From: a virus
Reading direction: 5' to 3' (one strand)
Virus record (IMG/VR): IMGVR_UViG_3300017963_000208
Coordinates: 3,601 to 67,600 of that record
DNA length: 64,000 nt
The notes under the pieces are model-generated. The model saw only the letters and a program-made list of their open reading frames with translations. It did not search any database and was not told the origin of the DNA. Below are positions 1 through 7,994 of the stretch, piece by piece (the first letter of the stretch is position 1; each line of letters begins with the position of its first letter). The translations under genes were made by a program, and so were the position numbers.

Positions 1-82
1 AGTGGCGGCAGCGGTGGTTGCCCGAACCGTCAACAGTAAAGTGAGTAGACCCACAACCCATGCAGCGATTAATAATTTTCAT
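1..82 (-). CDS. Small Cys/His (possible Zn-finger) protein, truncated by window edge
   Basis: Manual translation MKIINRCMGCGSTHFTVDGSGNHRCRH...; ATG overlaps the end of the upstream ORF; below the ORF-track cutoff. Confidence 0.5.
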   Translation of the reverse strand, partial: MKIINRCMGCGSTHFTVDGSGNHRCRH

Positions 83-236
83 TGATTCGCTTCCTTTCCT
101 CTTCAAGATTCATGGCGTGGAAGTATAGAATAGCCTGTTGATAATGATATCGAGCCACATGGATTGAGCCCTGCGCCTTGAACCTTTCAGCTAACTTTCT
201 ATGGGTTAGCCATTTATGTTTGTTGTTTGTCTCCAC
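69..236 (-). CDS. Hypothetical small protein (~55 aa, GTG start)
   Basis: Manual translation VETNNKHKWLTHRKLAERFKAQ...RKRINENY*; tiles with neighbouring minus-strand ORFs. Confidence 0.4.
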   Translation of the reverse strand: METNNKHKWLTHRKLAERFKAQGSIHVARYHYQQAILYFHAMNLEEERKRINENY

Positions 237-384
237 CTTTCTTAAACCTTTCGTACAGCTTGTCTGCTGCTAATTCCAAAAATCTTTTCTTCTTTGGCGA
301 AGTATTACCAGGAAAACCATACACATCATCCATTGCTTTCCTAATGATCTCTTTAACTTCGCTTATGTCTGATTTCTTGATCAT
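214..384 (-). CDS. Hypothetical small protein (56 aa)
   Basis: Manual translation MIKKSDISEVKEIIRKAMDDVYGF...KQQT*; fills the gap in the minus-strand gene tiling. Confidence 0.5.
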   Translation of the reverse strand: MIKKSDISEVKEIIRKAMDDVYGFPGNTSPKKKRFLELAADKLYERFKKGGDKQQT

Positions 385-395
385 ACTTCATTCTA

Positions 396-698
396 TCAAA
401 TGTCAACAGGTTTGTCAAATTTATTTTTCCTAGTATTTTTCATATGCTGTATAGTAGAGGGTCTAAGAAGTTCCTCGGTAGTGGCCCCATTGATATCTAA
501 ATAGCGTTTGCAACTAGGAGGAAGTTGCTGGTTGTCTAAAAATTTTATGCGATACACATTATCATTCCCTTCCTGTTCCCAATTTCCCTGACTAACTAAT
601 TTGGTTACAGTGGCGGGAATGTGAAATGATTCGCAGTACCAACACCACACCATCACCTCATCCCCTGGAAAGTATTTCTGTTCAATGGGTTGGCTCAT
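396..698 (-). CDS. SH3/KOW-like small protein, conserved C-terminal motif family
   Basis: KYFPGDEV N-motif; C-terminal STIQHMKNTRK. Confidence 0.7.
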   Translation of the reverse strand: MSQPIEQKYFPGDEVMVWCWYCESFHIPATVTKLVSQGNWEQEGNDNVYRIKFLDNQQLPPSCKRYLDINGATTEELLRPSTIQHMKNTRKNKFDKPVDI

Positions 699-894
699 CC
701 TCTTCCTCTTGCAGTTCTTTTAATCTAGCTTCCATTTCTTCGGTAGTCATGTTTTTGACTCTTTCGTTGATCTCCCGAATACCTTTTTCCATAAAATCAT
801 AATGCTCATGGCACAAATAAACCAAATCATCTCCAACTCTTATAATCCGGTTGGCGTGTTTAGAACAATTTTTGATTTGACAGGTTTTGCTCAT
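682..894 (-). CDS. Hypothetical protein with Cys/His Zn-binding motif and acidic coiled coil
   Basis: CQIKNC...CHEH; overlaps neighbouring genes. Confidence 0.65.
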   Translation of the reverse strand: MSKTCQIKNCSKHANRIIRVGDDLVYLCHEHYDFMEKGIREINERVKNMTTEEMEARLKELQEEEDEPTH

Positions 895-1085
895 TAAATA
901 CCCGCCAACTCGTAGGATTTCTTAAACATTTCGTAACAGAACTTCGCATGGCGCAAGGCTTTCTCACAATCATGGAGAATACCATAGTCACGAAACTTAA
1001 TCCACATCTTTTTAAAGGTAAGTGCCTGATAGTATGCTTCTATTCCTGTCATTGTTTTTTCCTCCCTATTAATTGATCGTACCAA
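894..1085 (-). CDS. Hypothetical protein
   Basis: ORF tiles with neighbours; likely start at MTGIEAY. Confidence 0.55.
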   Translation of the reverse strand: MVRSINREEKTMTGIEAYYQALTFKKMWIKFRDYGILHDCEKALRHAKFCYEMFKKSYELAGI

Positions 1086-1366
1086 ATTAATTCGCTCTTG
1101 TCAAATTCTTTTTTTACCTTATTTATCATACGGTTAAACTGCATTGTACGGATCGTATCTAGTCGATAATCGGTTAAGCACTCAACCTCTATTTGGTATA
1201 ACAAAGGAGGATTGTTCAGAAAAACTCTGGCTAAATGCTCACTTATATCATCCCCCACTGTCAATACATACATTTTATTTTCTTTTTCTGTCTCGGGTAG
1301 AGAGTAGAGAAATCGTACTTCCCACGATCTTTTCTCTGGCAAAATTCTGTAAACATTTACAATCAC
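1049..1366 (-). CDS. Hypothetical protein (internal DTIRTM resembles the family motif)
   Basis: GTG start overlapping the upstream stop; YRLDTIRTMQ. Confidence 0.6.
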   Translation of the reverse strand: MIVNVYRILPEKRSWEVRFLYSLPETEKENKMYVLTVGDDISEHLARVFLNNPPLLYQIEVECLTDYRLDTIRTMQFNRMINKVKKEFDKSELIWYDQLIGRKKQ

Positions 1367-1836
1367 TTAGCCCACCCCGGTCTCTGTCTATTAGTCCACT
1401 GTGGCTTTCTCTTATCATTTTCCCACTTGTCTTTTAGACATAATCTGTAAGCCTTGAATATATTGAGCTCTTTTTTGAATTTAGTACAGTTAGGAAACAT
1501 AGTGATTTCATTAGACTCTGGCATGAACGCATAGCCGGCATAGAAAATCTCCAAATATTGCTTACACTTATGTGTTTTACCGTAACGAAAGTTATACTCA
1601 TCGCACAAGGCTCTGAAATGGTTTAATAACCACAGGTAGTTAGCTGCGTTAGTCCTTGTCCAGATTGCACAAGGATGGTTGACATGAGTGGGGCGATAGG
1701 GAGCATTAGTAGCCCCCATAACGTGCATAGCGGTAGAGAGCAACTGAGCAGATTCTAGACACATTTTGATCACTCGCTTGTTGTCCAGTACTCTAGCTGA
1801 CTTGTGAGCGTCTAAATATGTAACAAAGATGTTCAC
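1363..1836 (-). CDS. Pyrimidine dimer DNA glycosylase / endonuclease V-like protein
   Basis: MNIF..LD...DNKRVIKMCLESAQLLST and THVNHPCAIW motifs typical of the DenV-like family. Confidence 0.8.
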   Translation of the reverse strand: MNIFVTYLDAHKSARVLDNKRVIKMCLESAQLLSTAMHVMGATNAPYRPTHVNHPCAIWTRTNAANYLWLLNHFRALCDEYNFRYGKTHKCKQYLEIFYAGYAFMPESNEITMFPNCTKFKKELNIFKAYRLCLKDKWENDKRKPQWTNRQRPGWAK

Positions 1837-2048
1837 GCCTTACCTCTCTTCATATATTCTATAGGAGAAACCACTTGTAATTCCCTGATGTTATCGGTTT
1901 CTACGACCCTTCCGGGGATAAACAAATCTCTCAGCAATACTCTACTAAACACATAGTTGATATCATATCTATATTCTATACGGCAGCCTTCGAAAGAGAA
2001 AAGGCATCCCTGGTAACTAACAATTTTGTTTTTTAGATTAATTACCAC
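1833..2048 (-). CDS. Small protein of the conserved C-terminal motif family (N-motif degenerate)
   Basis: C-terminal SPIEYMKRGKA. Confidence 0.65.
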   Translation of the reverse strand: MVINLKNKIVSYQGCLFSFEGCRIEYRYDINYVFSRVLLRDLFIPGRVVETDNIRELQVVSPIEYMKRGKA

Positions 2049-2307
2049 TCTTTCCCTCTTTCATCATAGTCACTGTGTCTAATCCCTGAATATCCGTAGC
2101 ATTGATTCTACCCGTTAAATCACTCCATAAAAAACTCACATAAATAATTGAAAAGATTAGATTACCCTCAAGAGATACACCTTCTATTATATCAACTATT
2201 TCTGCTTTCTCTGTCCCGTGAGTATTATGGAAATAGGTACCAAAATCCACCTGAGAGTGCGGCCTGACAAGGATTCTGTCGCCCTTTTTGTATTTCTTGT
2301 TAGGCAT
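2038..2307 (-). CDS. SH3/KOW-like small protein, conserved C-terminal motif family
   Basis: KYKKGDRI; C-terminal DTVTMMKEGK. Confidence 0.75.
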   Translation of the reverse strand: MPNKKYKKGDRILVRPHSQVDFGTYFHNTHGTEKAEIVDIIEGVSLEGNLIFSIIYVSFLWSDLTGRINATDIQGLDTVTMMKEGKSGN

Positions 2308-2545
2308 ATCTTTTGTTTTTCATGTAGTAGAGGGTATTAAATCCTCTGATTTCATTTTCGTGCATTTCAATTTCTCCGTCAGCCCAGTCTGTAATCCAGT
2401 ATTTTGGAGACCAATCTCTTCGATCAATACCACGCTTTATGATAGTGGCCTCCCATCTCTGATCATACCATTCTATATCTACCCTATCCCCACATTTGTA
2501 TTTATATTTAGGTTTTGGTCTTTTCTTGCGCTTCTTTTTTCCCAC
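2300..2545 (-). CDS. SH3/KOW-like small protein, conserved C-terminal motif family
   Basis: KYKCGDRV; C-terminal NTLYYMKNKR. Confidence 0.75.
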   Translation of the reverse strand: MGKKKRKKRPKPKYKYKCGDRVDIEWYDQRWEATIIKRGIDRRDWSPKYWITDWADGEIEMHENEIRGFNTLYYMKNKRYA

Positions 2546-2795
2546 GATTTCTATTCCTTTTAACTTTCATCTGGTTTATTATATCATATCTAAGAATGTG
2601 TCTATCTGTCAAGTATTGACCCCACCCCATAACTTTATATTTTCTGGAATAAAGGGGCACTGACCCCGTATAAGAGTAATGTTCATAACCCGTTATTTGC
2701 TCATAGACTGATTCTATTTTGGTTCGTACCTCTGTAAGGTATGGAGGTATCCTTACCCACACCCAATCTCCCGCTTGATAGTTAGGTTTATTCAT
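2508..2795 (-). CDS. SH3/KOW-like small protein, conserved C-terminal motif family
   Basis: NYQAGDWV; DIINQMKVKR near the C-terminus. Confidence 0.75.
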   Translation of the reverse strand: MNKPNYQAGDWVWVRIPPYLTEVRTKIESVYEQITGYEHYSYTGSVPLYSRKYKVMGWGQYLTDRHILRYDIINQMKVKRNRNRGKKEAQEKTKT

Positions 2796-3351
2796 CTTCT
2801 AGACTCTTTTCTAATTTCTCCATGTTCTCTTCCGTGGCGTATTTAAAAGGAAACTTAGCCCACAAACGTACTGGATGGTACTGCTCACCACTGCTAGACT
2901 TCTTGCCAACCTTCATATTGGCGAATCTCTCACGCTTTGGGAGCTTTTTAGTGTTGAACCCTTTGTAGACCTCTAACACTTCCTTATCTAGGTCGATCAC
3001 GTAAGCGTATTCACAGAATAGAGAATCAGCAACAAAATCAATAGAGTTACATAAATCTCTAACATTACCACGACTTATCATTGATAGGATATCAGCAGCA
3101 GTATCTCTGCTAAATTCTGGGTACTTGGTGGGCCAAGCATCTCCTACTTTGTCAACTATTGCCTGTATATCCGCGTCCGATAGAAAGCTGCACTCCCTAA
3201 CTGACCACCGGAAATCCTCTAGATCCATTTCATTTTGTATAAAATCACAAATAGTTGCGCCCTGTCCAGTAGGGTATCCATCCCATTGCCCGTACTGAGC
3301 AACTTTGATCTTACCATCACAAACTACAGCGGTAATGTTCCTAGTTCCCAT
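2788..3351 (-). CDS. Conserved phage hypothetical protein (MGTR...Y.QWDGYP type)
   Basis: MGTRN start, YGQWDGYP motif, CEYAYVIDLD motif; a pattern recognised from many phage hypothetical proteins. Confidence 0.7.
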   Translation of the reverse strand: MGTRNITAVVCDGKIKVAQYGQWDGYPTGQGATICDFIQNEMDLEDFRWSVRECSFLSDADIQAIVDKVGDAWPTKYPEFSRDTAADILSMISRGNVRDLCNSIDFVADSLFCEYAYVIDLDKEVLEVYKGFNTKKLPKRERFANMKVGKKSSSGEQYHPVRLWAKFPFKYATEENMEKLEKSLEDE

Positions 3352-3562
3352 TGTTTTTCCTCCACCCTTTTGGAATTTTTCTAGAAGTTTTATCTCTGTT
3401 ATTGTATAGAGAGATAGGGAATAAAATCAACGTCATAAAAAATCCAGCAATTATTTGGCGAGTATAATACCAATCTAACATCCTATTCCACTTAGGAATG
3501 GACAGCCCCAACCAAGCCCCGAAACCTACCAACAACCAACTAATTAACAGTAACTTAACCAT
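3341..3562 (-). CDS. Small membrane protein (two hydrophobic segments)
   Basis: LLLISWLLVGFGAWLGL and IIAGFFMTLILFPISLY. Confidence 0.65.
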   Translation of the reverse strand: MVKLLLISWLLVGFGAWLGLSIPKWNRMLDWYYTRQIIAGFFMTLILFPISLYNNRDKTSRKIPKGWRKNNGN

Positions 3563-3770
3563 TTTTCCTCCCCTTCATATAACTTATTGTTTCTAAACGT
3601 AATTCATCCTCAAGGAAAAATAGTGAACAGTCCTCTAAGTAATACATATTAAAAGGTTTTCCAACTCTTTTGGATGATCTCTCTAACACAACCCCACGTA
3701 CAACTATGCCCTTATATTTCTCTTTGGCAATAACCTTATCACCTATTTTAAATTTATACTTATTTTTCAC
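3555..3770 (-). CDS. SH3/KOW-like small protein, conserved C-terminal motif family
   Basis: KFKIGDKV; C-terminal ELRLETISYMKGRK. Confidence 0.8.
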   Translation of the reverse strand: MKNKYKFKIGDKVIAKEKYKGIVVRGVVLERSSKRVGKPFNMYYLEDCSLFFLEDELRLETISYMKGRKNG

Positions 3771-3996
3771 GAATTGTATCCTTTTTATGTTTCAGAGTGG
3801 TAATAATATCTAATCCTGTTATTTCTCCCGGAAGCATTTTAATAGGGCTTGTCCAATGTTGCTTCTCTGGCAAAAACACACTGACCCTGTAAAATACTGT
3901 GTACTCACCGTGTTCTACCCCAGTAATATAGCCACTGAAGGTGTCACCGTACTTCACTATCACAAAATCCCCTTGTTTATATTCAGATTTAGTCAT
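3760..3996 (-). CDS. SH3/KOW-like small protein, conserved C-terminal motif family
   Basis: EYKQGDFV; C-terminal DIITTLKHKK. Confidence 0.75.
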   Translation of the reverse strand: MTKSEYKQGDFVIVKYGDTFSGYITGVEHGEYTVFYRVSVFLPEKQHWTSPIKMLPGEITGLDIITTLKHKKDTIREK

Positions 3997-4151
3997 GGTT
4001 AGTTGTGCCTTTCATATCTTGTACCACCCTTTTTCCACGATTTAGGCCCTTTTTAGTCCTGTGTTTTTCATTGCTTTCTCCGCCGGCCATATATGACCAT
4101 ACGTGACCATATATGGTAGGTATGCCACTATATATGACATGACACTATACC

Positions 4152-4225
4152 TGCAAGCGCCATGCCAACCTAAGCCGGCTTGCATAAAGCGTGCCAAAGC
4201 TAGAGCTCTTGCAAGGTCCGTGCCA
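4152..4225 (-). promoter_or_regulatory. Three tandem sigma54-type (-24/-12) boxes at 29-bp intervals
   Basis: Minus strand TGGCATGGCGCTTGCA (4152-4167), TGGCACGCTTTATGCA (4181-4196), TGGCACGGACCTTGCA (4210-4225); all GG-N10-GC. Confidence 0.75.
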
Positions 4226-4312
4226 AGGTCAACCTAATGGCCTAACACTAAACCGCTAGGCCTAACCCTACCCTAACACGGTAACACGTACCCTTGCCAC
4301 TCCCTATAAATA

Positions 4313-4364
4313 ATTATATAGGGGAATTTTACCCCTTGCAATTGTCAATAAATAGTGTTATGAT
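4313..4364. promoter_or_regulatory. Divergent sigma70-type promoter pair sharing a palindromic -35
   Basis: TTGCAA at 4336-4341; plus-strand TATGAT at 4359-4364 (17-bp spacer, TGn extension); minus-strand TATAAT at 4318-4313 (17-bp spacer). Confidence 0.65.
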
Positions 4365-4403
4365 CAAAAGACACAAGCAAAAGACTAATGAAAGGGGTAA
4401 GTT

Positions 4404-5282
4404 ATGAGCCAGAAAGTTTTTGAAATCGTAACCAATAGGATAATTGACCAATTAGAACAAGGGGTTATACCATGGCGCAAGCCTTGGAAAAATTCCCGCC
4501 CACCGTGTAACCTGCTTTCTGGCAAGCCTTACAGGGGCATTAATGCCCTTGTATGCTTTCTAACTACCTTTAAAGAGGGGTTTAGTTCACCATTTTGGTT
4601 GACGTTTAAACAAGCCAAGCGGTTAGGCGGTAGTGTCAAGAAAGGCGAAAAGGGCACTCCTATTGTATTCTGGAAGTGGATCAACGGCACTGATAAGGAT
4701 ACAGGCAGGGAAAAAACCTTTCCTTGTGTCCGATATTATACCGCTTTTAACCTGGATCAATGCGAAAACATACCAGAAAGCAAAATTCCACAAGACAAAG
4801 GCCTTGATTTCAAACCGATTGAACAGGCGGAAAAACTTGTTTCAGAATGGTTAGGCAAGCCTGAAATCAGGCATAGCGGCAATATGGCCTGTTATTCCCC
4901 CGCGCTAGATTTCATTAACCTACCGGACCCTAACCGCTTTAAATCGGTTGAGGGGTATTATTCCACCTTGTTTCACGAATTGACGCATAGCACTGGCCAC
5001 CCTAACCGCTTAGGTAGGTTTGAACAAAACGCGGTTAATGGTTTTGGCTCTGATAGCTATAGCAAAGAGGAGCTGATAGCAGAAATTGGCGCGGCTCTGT
5101 TATGTATGCAATGCGGAATTGATAGCGCGGACCTACACCAAAACCAAGCGGCTTACGTGCAAAACTGGTTAAGGGCTCTTAAAGATGATAGGCGCTTGCT
5201 AGTCAATGCGGGACAAGCGGCACAAAAAGCGGTTGACCTTATCAACGGCACCAAACATAAGAAAGGGCCTAGCAATGAATAA
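4404..5282 (+). CDS. ardC: ArdC-like ssDNA-binding antirestriction protein (DUF1738 plus zincin-like domain)
   Basis: GVIPWRKPW, YRGIN, WLTFKQA..LGGSVKKGEKG, YYSTLFHELTHSTGH..RL.R, YSKEEL.AE.GAA.LC motifs. Confidence 0.9.
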   Translation: MSQKVFEIVTNRIIDQLEQGVIPWRKPWKNSRPPCNLLSGKPYRGINALVCFLTTFKEGFSSPFWLTFKQAKRLGGSVKKGEKGTPIVFWKWINGTDKDTGREKTFPCVRYYTAFNLDQCENIPESKIPQDKGLDFKPIEQAEKLVSEWLGKPEIRHSGNMACYSPALDFINLPDPNRFKSVEGYYSTLFHELTHSTGHPNRLGRFEQNAVNGFGSDSYSKEELIAEIGAALLCMQCGIDSADLHQNQAAYVQNWLRALKDDRRLLVNAGQAAQKAVDLINGTKHKKGPSNE

Positions 5283-5466
5283 AGATAGCTGGATCGAGGC
5301 AAGGGAAAATCTACTAATGGAAAGGGTTAACTCTTTAGAGGCAAAGCTAAACCGTTGTCTTGAACAATGGGAAATTGACGCTATAGAGGATAGCCTAACC
5401 GAAAACGATATAGTTAACGAGTATAGCGCCATGGTTGATTATACTTTTGAACTATTGAGGGGGTAA
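5275..5466 (+). CDS. Hypothetical protein (likely start MNKDSW)
   Basis: ORF track 5206-5466; ATG at 5275 overlaps the ardC end with a GGG-rich RBS. Confidence 0.6.
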   Translation: MNKDSWIEARENLLMERVNSLEAKLNRCLEQWEIDAIEDSLTENDIVNEYSAMVDYTFELLRG

Positions 5467-5468
5467 CA

Positions 5469-6200
5469 ATGATTAAACTAAGCCACAATAACAAAAAGGT
5501 TAGTAAGTTAGACGCGGTTAGTTTTGGTATTCAGGCCTTTGCTATCCCCTTTGATATCCTGAAAATGTTTATCAACCGCTTGCCTATTGATACCGAGGCA
5601 AAGCTAGGGGCCTTTGAAAACGTCCACCTTGAGACAAAGCAAAAGACCATTGACAATCAAACCCATTGCCTAACTTGCCCTAGTGCGGGCGCTTGCGGCT
5701 CTGTATGCTATGCCTTGCAAGGGTCCTATAGGTGGAATGTAGTTAAAGCGGCTAGGGCCTGGAATACCGCTTGCACTTTTCTTGATAACTTTGCTTTTCA
5801 TATGACTAAGGCATTGACAAAGGTTAAAAGGCCTATTGTCCGGATACATGATAGCGGCGATTTTTATTCGCTCCGCTACTTCCAGCAATGGGTTAAGGTT
5901 GCAAAGGCCTTGCCGCAAAAGACGTTCTATGCCTATACCAAAAGCCTAATATTTGTCGATTTCAATGCTTTGCCTGATAACTTCAAACTGGTACAATCCC
6001 AAGGGGGAAAACATGACCACTTGTTAAACCCCCTAAAGCCTATAGCGCGTATATTTGAAAGCAGGGAGGCCCTAGAAAAAGCTGGTTTCACCTATGGCAA
6101 TGAAAATGATCTACCAGCAATTCAGGGGGTAAAGCGTATAGGCCTAGTGTACCACGGCACCAAAAAACTAACAGACCAACAAAGGCAATATTTCAAATAG
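5469..6200 (+). CDS. Gp88-like phage protein (Cys cluster, radical-SAM-like motifs)
   Basis: TCPSAGACGSVCYALQG, IVRIHDSGDFYS, FYAYTKS. Confidence 0.75.
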   Translation: MIKLSHNNKKVSKLDAVSFGIQAFAIPFDILKMFINRLPIDTEAKLGAFENVHLETKQKTIDNQTHCLTCPSAGACGSVCYALQGSYRWNVVKAARAWNTACTFLDNFAFHMTKALTKVKRPIVRIHDSGDFYSLRYFQQWVKVAKALPQKTFYAYTKSLIFVDFNALPDNFKLVQSQGGKHDHLLNPLKPIARIFESREALEKAGFTYGNENDLPAIQGVKRIGLVYHGTKKLTDQQRQYFK

Positions 6201-6211
6201 GAGTTAACCCC

Positions 6212-6493
6212 ATGAAAAACAAAAAACGCGGACCATATATTGACAACAAAGCAGAGCGGCAAGCTTTCTACCGTGACGCGCAATGGAATAAAAACTATAG
6301 AGAGCAAAACCGTTGCAAGGCTAGTGATAACCAACCTACCGCTTCACCTATGCAAAAACCGCCTATGCCATGTAGTCAATGCGGCGGTAAAGTAGTCAAG
6401 GGCCTGTTTAGGTACGCTTGCCCTACTTGCCACCCTTTCCACTTCCAAAAATGCGGTATATGCGGTGCAAAGCGCCTTTGGTGTTGCTGCTAG
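6212..6493 (+). CDS. Cys-rich Zn-finger hypothetical protein
   Basis: CSQCG, CPTC, CGICG...WCCC; RBS AGGAG. Confidence 0.6.
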   Translation: MKNKKRGPYIDNKAERQAFYRDAQWNKNYREQNRCKASDNQPTASPMQKPPMPCSQCGGKVVKGLFRYACPTCHPFHFQKCGICGAKRLWCCC

Positions 6494-6523
6494 GCCTTTA
6501 CCCCTTTAGCCTAGTTAGCAGCT

Positions 6524-6562
6524 AAGGCCCCTAGTTATTGCTTGGCTAGGGGCCTTTCTTTA
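6524..6562 (+). terminator. Rho-independent terminator of the ardC operon
   Basis: AAGGCCCCTAG/CTAGGGGCCTT 11-bp stem followed by TCTTTA. Confidence 0.75.
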
Positions 6563-6756
6563 TGATTTCAACCACTTAAATGTTGCTCAGATTGCTTTCT
6601 AAGGGCCTTAAATGGTCTTAGGTATGCTAGGGTACCAGGGGCCTTGAAAAAATCGCTTACAAGCCAAAATAGAGAGCCATAGGACTAGCGGCAAGGCAAA
6701 GGAAAGGGGGTTAAGCATTGCACCTAACCCCCTAGTGTAAAGCAAAGCGGCTAAGG

Positions 6757-6858
6757 CTAATAACCAGCCTTGACTATACGCTTTGCCCTAGTCAAATTGT
6801 TGCGGCGTAGCCTGATAACCACTAGCCAATGTTTCAACCTATCAATCAACCTTTGCAT
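6757..6858 (-). CDS. Very small basic protein (33 aa)
   Basis: MQRLIDRLKHWLVVIRLRRNNLTRAKRIVKAGY*; GGGGG RBS just after the upstream stop. Confidence 0.4.
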   Translation of the reverse strand: MQRLIDRLKHWLVVIRLRRNNLTRAKRIVKAGY

Positions 6859-6867
6859 GGTTTCCCC

Positions 6868-7029
6868 CTAGTCCTGCCTTACGATAACCCTACGCTTGCC
6901 ATTGATAGTCACGATATCAAGGCGCTTGCTAGGCTTGTTTGACTGGTTATCGCTTGCCTTGTCTTTGTCTTGTTTCCTGATAACCTTCGCTTTGTCGCTG
7001 GTTATGATTATTAGGCCTTGTTTGCTCAT
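6868..7029 (-). CDS. Small basic protein (53 aa)
   Basis: MSKQGLIIITSDKAKVIRK...RVIVRQD*; AAGGGG RBS; directly downstream of a strong sigma70 promoter. Confidence 0.55.
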   Translation of the reverse strand: MSKQGLIIITSDKAKVIRKQDKDKASDNQSNKPSKRLDIVTINGKRRVIVRQD

Positions 7030-7061
7030 TGTCTAACCCCTTTGTTTGTCGGTATACTTCG

Positions 7062-7089
7062 ATCATACCAGAAAAAGGGAAAATGTCAA
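7062..7089 (-). promoter_or_regulatory. sigma70-type promoter
   Basis: Minus strand TTGACA-16 bp-TATGAT with TGn extension. Confidence 0.65.
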
Positions 7090-7098
7090 TAAAAACTA

Positions 7099-7128
7099 TT
7101 TAACTATGTATAAGTAGCCACCTATAAT
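7099..7128 (+). promoter_or_regulatory. Phage-specific promoter motif copy 1
   Basis: TTTAACTATGTATAAGTA then TATAAT 6 bp later; upstream of 7143. Confidence 0.7.
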
Positions 7129-7142
7129 AGGGAGTAAAAAAC

Positions 7143-7631
7143 ATGAGTGAAAATAAACTAGAGAAAATCAGGCAACATATTGAAAACACAGTGGGCTTGC
7201 ATAAATTTCTTGATAATTTCTTAGCCAATTTCAAGCGGGAATGTAAAAGAGAAGAAAGAGAGCGCAATAAGTGGCTGAAAAAACAAAGCAGCAAGCCGCA
7301 AAAGCCTTGGACTGGAAAGGCCTTTCAAGCTAGGTTTACCTATGCCAAAAAACAAGCTAGGGAGAGAAGCATTAAATGGACCTTAACAGATAAACAGTAT
7401 TATCAATTGGTTGAAAAGGCTTTATGTTCCTATTGCGGTTACCCCTTAGCAGGTAAAGGAGTGGAATTAGATCGAATAAATAGCAAAGGCATATATGAAA
7501 CAAACAACGTAACCCCCTGTTGTGGTCTATGTAACATGACTAAGGCGCGGGATAAATTTAGTTATAGAGAGATGTTAGACCATATAGGTCCATCCATATC
7601 GAAAGTCAAATACCTACGTGATAAAAAATAG
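7143..7631 (+). CDS. HNH-like (CxxC..DR..N..CxxCN) endonuclease with N-terminal coiled coil
   Basis: CSYCG...ELDRINSKGIYETNNVTPCCGLCNMTK. Confidence 0.75.
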   Translation: MSENKLEKIRQHIENTVGLHKFLDNFLANFKRECKREERERNKWLKKQSSKPQKPWTGKAFQARFTYAKKQARERSIKWTLTDKQYYQLVEKALCSYCGYPLAGKGVELDRINSKGIYETNNVTPCCGLCNMTKARDKFSYREMLDHIGPSISKVKYLRDKK

Positions 7632-7994
7632 TCAAATGAACATTTTGCCCTATTTCCATTAATCTAATAATATCCACAACATACCTACAATACAAAATAC
7701 CCGTGTAATCTACCTACTTAGTGAATATTAAAGGGAAATTTAGTTTTCCCTTTCGAGAGCTCGTCTATGGCATAAAATGCGTTAACTTTTGCCGGCAACG
7801 GCCGGCCAATTAAGGGGCTTTATTCCAGGCGGGACAAGCAAAGGCCTAGCAGGTAGATCAAACCCCCCTTACAAGCCAAATAAGAGCCCTATAGGTATAC
7901 ATATAGAGCCCTATACAGGCCTAGTTAGTTATTGGGTTACATACAGATAAGGTTAGGTGGTTAGTTATTGGGGTAGTAGGGTGGAAATACGGGT

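Noticed and set aside
4150-4230. CRISPR mini-array (regular 29-bp spacing)
   Set aside because: Units are 16-bp degenerate boxes with 13-bp gaps, far from repeat/spacer dimensions; no cas genes.
4234-4290. Telomere-like CCCTAA repeats
   Set aside because: Only a few imperfect units; no tandem array.
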